Of a stretch of DNA of 18,423 nt, positions 15,660 through 18,423 are shown piece by piece (position 1 is the first letter of the stretch; each line of letters starts with the position of its first letter). The notes below the pieces were generated by a model, which was not told the origin of the DNA, made no database searches, and saw only the letters and a program-made list of their open reading frames with translations. The DNA is taken from the NCBI GenBank assembly GCA_021399395.1, contig JAAFKJ010000040.1, forward strand, positions 1-18,423, read 5' to 3'. This DNA is from Candidatus Heimdallarchaeota archaeon. GTDB taxonomy: Archaea > Asgardarchaeota > Heimdallarchaeia > Heimdallarchaeales > Heimdallarchaeaceae. The translations under genes were made by a program, and so were the position numbers.

Positions 15660-17057
15660 ATGGGTCAGAAGGAAACAAGTAGTGTGTTAATTGATAGAGT
15701 TTTAGATACGATTATTAAGAAATCCCTTAAAGAAATTAAGGATTTTATCCTTCAAAATTGGCATCCTGAGACATTAGAGAAGAGAGGAGTTAAATCTATT
15801 TTAGATTCTCTACATCACATTAAAAGAGAACTTGATGGCGTTGAAATTTATCAAACTTTCAAAGAATCGCCTGAGAAAGAATCTGCAATATTATTGAATC
15901 CAGAAACAGAAGATTGGATTAAATTCTCTATAATGATATCTGAAGAGGAGCCATTTTTAGTTAAGGGTCTAGGCTTAAGACCTACGTCACCTCCAAAAGA
16001 TATTGGTGTTGAAGTAAAAGAAGAGGATTTAGCATCTGCAATAGGAGATTCTATCAAAGGTTTGCTAGATAAAAATCTCTTCTCAGGTGTTGTTATTGTA
16101 GCTAAGGAAAATAAAATAGTCTTTCAGTTGGCACATGGCTATTCAAATGTAGATTCAACCATTCAACTAAATCTTGATACTAAATTCAACCTTGGTTCTA
16201 TGAATAAGATGTTTACATCTCTTGCGATTGCAAAACATATAGAAGAAGGTCATTTTTCTTTTGATAGTACAGTTGCTGAGTTACTTCCTGAAGCACAGAT
16301 TGATCAATCAGAGCAAATAAAAGTACATCATCTACTTACACATTCATCTGGATTAGGTAGTTTTTTCTCTGCTGAATATATGAAAAAGAAGGATCAATAT
16401 GTAGAAGTAAAAGACCTCCTACCCTTAATTGAAAAAGAACAACTATCTTTCTCACCAGGATCTAGTTTTCAATACAGCAATTCTGGTTTTGAGGTACTTG
16501 GAAATATCATTGAAAGAGTTAGTGGAATGACCTATTATGATTATGTAAGAGAAAACATTTTTCTTCCATTAGATATGAACAATACCGATAGTTACAGACT
16601 TGATGATGATCTAGAGAACCTTGCTATTGGATATACTAAACATCTGGGGATGAATCAACCTCCTTCTAAAGAATGGGTAGCAAATACGAAAATGGCAAGA
16701 ATCAAGGGAAGTGCAGCAGGAGGAGGATATTCCTCAGCACATGATTTGTTAACATTTAGCCAAGCCTTATTCTCCTATAAGATACTTAATGAAGATTTAA
16801 CAAAAGAAGTATTGAGTGGTAAAATACGCTTGGAACCAGGGAGTGATGATATTATGTACGGTTATGGTTTTGGTATTCATCAATTCGGAAATATAACTAG
16901 ATATGGTCACAACGGAGGTGCACCAGGTATTAACAGTTTTTTTGGAGTATATCTGCCAATCAATTACACTGTCATAGTACTCTCAAATTATGACCCTCCT
17001 TCGGCTGAAAGAATAGGTAATAAAATCCACTCTATATTATCCAAAATGAAAAAATGA
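15660..17057 (+). CDS. Serine hydrolase of the beta-lactamase class C / D-peptidase family with an extra N-terminal domain
   Basis: SxxK (LGSMNK), LLTHSSG, YxN (YSN), IFLPLDM and GHNGG motifs. About 120 aa N-terminal extension; no signal peptide. Confidence 0.9.
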   Translation: MGQKETSSVLIDRVLDTIIKKSLKEIKDFILQNWHPETLEKRGVKSILDSLHHIKRELDGVEIYQTFKESPEKESAILLNPETEDWIKFSIMISEEEPFLVKGLGLRPTSPPKDIGVEVKEEDLASAIGDSIKGLLDKNLFSGVVIVAKENKIVFQLAHGYSNVDSTIQLNLDTKFNLGSMNKMFTSLAIAKHIEEGHFSFDSTVAELLPEAQIDQSEQIKVHHLLTHSSGLGSFFSAEYMKKKDQYVEVKDLLPLIEKEQLSFSPGSSFQYSNSGFEVLGNIIERVSGMTYYDYVRENIFLPLDMNNTDSYRLDDDLENLAIGYTKHLGMNQPPSKEWVANTKMARIKGSAAGGGYSSAHDLLTFSQALFSYKILNEDLTKEVLSGKIRLEPGSDDIMYGYGFGIHQFGNITRYGHNGGAPGINSFFGVYLPINYTVIVLSNYDPPSAERIGNKIHSILSKMKK

Positions 17058-17071
17058 AAAACTCATTAATA

Positions 17072-17503
17072 TTAGATATAACTACTATTAATGGCTTTAA
17101 CTGGTCCTCCGCACTCTGGACATTCTCTTTCTCCAAGAATCACTTCATATCCACAGTACTCACAGAATCGAGGTTTTTTGACACCAGATGGTTTGTATCC
17201 TGGTGCATAAGGACCTATTTTAGATAATTTGAAGCTCTGAAGAGACGAGAACATGTTATTCTTCCTTCTTGTAAACATCAGTATGAGTGTTGGTGCAACA
17301 ATAAATGGTATGTATCCCATGCTTCCATAGAGTATGTACACTCCTATCATCATCCTATCAATATCTGTAGAGGGATCCTCTCCAAAAATACTTGAGAAGA
17401 TAATAACCAAAGCTGCAATTATTGCTCCTACAAATATTAGCATCTCTATTAGTAGGATGTATTTGAATGCGCCACTCCCCTTTTTCTTTGTTTCAGTACT
17501 CAT
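17072..17503 (-). CDS. Two-TM membrane protein with a C-terminal zinc ribbon
   Basis: Two hydrophobic helices followed by CEYCG...CPECGG. ATG 17503 (GAGG upstream) preferred over 17554. Confidence 0.75.
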   Translation of the reverse strand: MSTETKKKGSGAFKYILLIEMLIFVGAIIAALVIIFSSIFGEDPSTDIDRMMIGVYILYGSMGYIPFIVAPTLILMFTRRKNNMFSSLQSFKLSKIGPYAPGYKPSGVKKPRFCEYCGYEVILGERECPECGGPVKAINSSYI

Positions 17504-17611
17504 CTTGTTATTTTCCTCAATTAGATTAATAAATGTTGAGATGAAATCTCTCAAATCTCCAAAACTACAGTTTATAAGTGCATATAAGGCGATAGTTTTT
17601 AGTGTGAAATC

Positions 17612-18423
17612 ATGATTTTGAAAATGAAATCAACAAAACAACAAGTTATAATTATTCTCATTCTAACTATGCTATTTTTTACTAACTACCCTCAAGCATC
17701 TTCAGCCTATAATGATCCAATTGAGATCCTTATTATAGTTGATGATGGGTATGGTGCAAATGTTCCGCCAATATTAGATCATTTCGACGATTTTGGTTGG
17801 AATGTTACTATTGCAGGTTTAAATCAGACAGTTACATCTTGTGAGTTCTTTGGTTATGTTACAATGGAAACAGATATTCTTATTCCCGATATAGAAGATG
17901 TAACAGTTTATGATGCTGTAAGTGTCTTACCTGGCGAAGCTCATGTTAACTTGCTTTCTAGTCAGACAGTTTTAGATTTGATAAAGACAGCAGCTAATGC
18001 AAACGTTGTCGTGAGTGGATGGTGCAAAGCTGTAAGAGTGCTTGCTTATGCCGATGTAATTGATGGTAAAAATGTTACAGGACACGCATCATTTATTGCA
18101 GAGTATGAAACTGCTGGTGCTACATATGTGGGTGAAGTACCTCCAGTTATTGATGGAAATATAGTTACAGGTGTAAGAAGCAATTATTATCAGATACACA
18201 AATGCTATGCTATTGGTAAAGCTATAGGTGTTTTTGAATCAAACCTCCCAGTATTGGGTGAAATTACTGTGGAAACCTCATCAACAAATGCCAAGCAAAT
18301 AACATTGAGTGTTGAAATAACAGAAGAATCAGATCTCTTGCATGCTAAAGTGAGGTTATTTGAAGTTAACAGAACTACAGGTGAGAGACTATCAGCATTC
18401 TCTTCATACTATAAGACTCTAAC
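17612..18423 (+). CDS. Secreted DJ-1/PfpI-family protein followed by a probable beta-sandwich domain (3' truncated, not in ORF track)
   Basis: The frame is open from ATG 17612 (or 17624) to the window end. Signal peptide MKSTKQQVIIILILTMLFF...ASSA, then ILIIVDDGYG, YDAVSVLPG, VSGWCKAVRVLAYADVIDGKNVTG, AGATYV, and PPVIDGNIVTG. Confidence 0.85.
   Translation, partial: MILKMKSTKQQVIIILILTMLFFTNYPQASSAYNDPIEILIIVDDGYGANVPPILDHFDDFGWNVTIAGLNQTVTSCEFFGYVTMETDILIPDIEDVTVYDAVSVLPGEAHVNLLSSQTVLDLIKTAANANVVVSGWCKAVRVLAYADVIDGKNVTGHASFIAEYETAGATYVGEVPPVIDGNIVTGVRSNYYQIHKCYAIGKAIGVFESNLPVLGEITVETSSTNAKQITLSVEITEESDLLHAKVRLFEVNRTTGERLSAFSSYYKTL

Noticed and set aside
15660-17057. Antibiotic-resistance beta-lactamase
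   Set aside because: No signal peptide, and the motifs are shared across the broad esterase/D-peptidase family.
2832-17615. Remaining short ORF-track entries antisense to or nested in the identified genes (e.g. 2832-3080, 3101-3355, 6580-6984, 9135-9407, 11074-12835 minus, 13805-14086, 15095-15412, 17334-17615)
   Set aside because: They overlap well-supported CDSs and have no recognisable motifs, so they are shadow ORFs.
1-18423. CRISPR arrays, tRNA/rRNA, IS elements or integrases
   Set aside because: No spaced repeats, GC-rich structured RNA segments, terminal inverted repeats or transposase/recombinase ORFs were seen, and intergenic gaps are short.

Overview
An AT-rich, gene-dense archaeal window. 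Several features point to an Asgard archaeon, possibly Heimdallarchaeia-like, but this is inference and was not verified: a single-OB crenarchaeal/hSSB1-type SSB, an Mth938 protein, iorAB, a Fae-Hps-type HPS domain, TATA-like promoters, oligo-T terminators, N-glycosylation sequons on surface proteins and eukaryote-like domains. Gene order: partial MBL-fold/TPR-like gene, iorA-iorB-panE-like operon, SSB, SSUH2-like 8xCxxC protein, Mth938 (minus), tiny basic/acidic peptide ORFs (minus), PARP-type zinc-finger protein, stomatin plus HPS-like, dppA, ABC importer (SBP, fused double permease, two different ATPases), DUF47/PhoU-like, serine hydrolase, zinc-ribbon membrane protein (minus), and a partial secreted DJ-1/PfpI protein that the ORF track missed. 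The strongest candidate for a novel system is the ABC importer. Its two ATPases carry complementary degenerate motifs that all map to one composite ATP site, its binding protein resembles the vWA-associated SBP type and is anchored at both ends, and it is linked to a PhoU-like DUF47. The eukaryote-like PARP zinc finger and SSUH2-like proteins are also notable. I saw no rRNA, tRNA, CRISPR array or mobile element.
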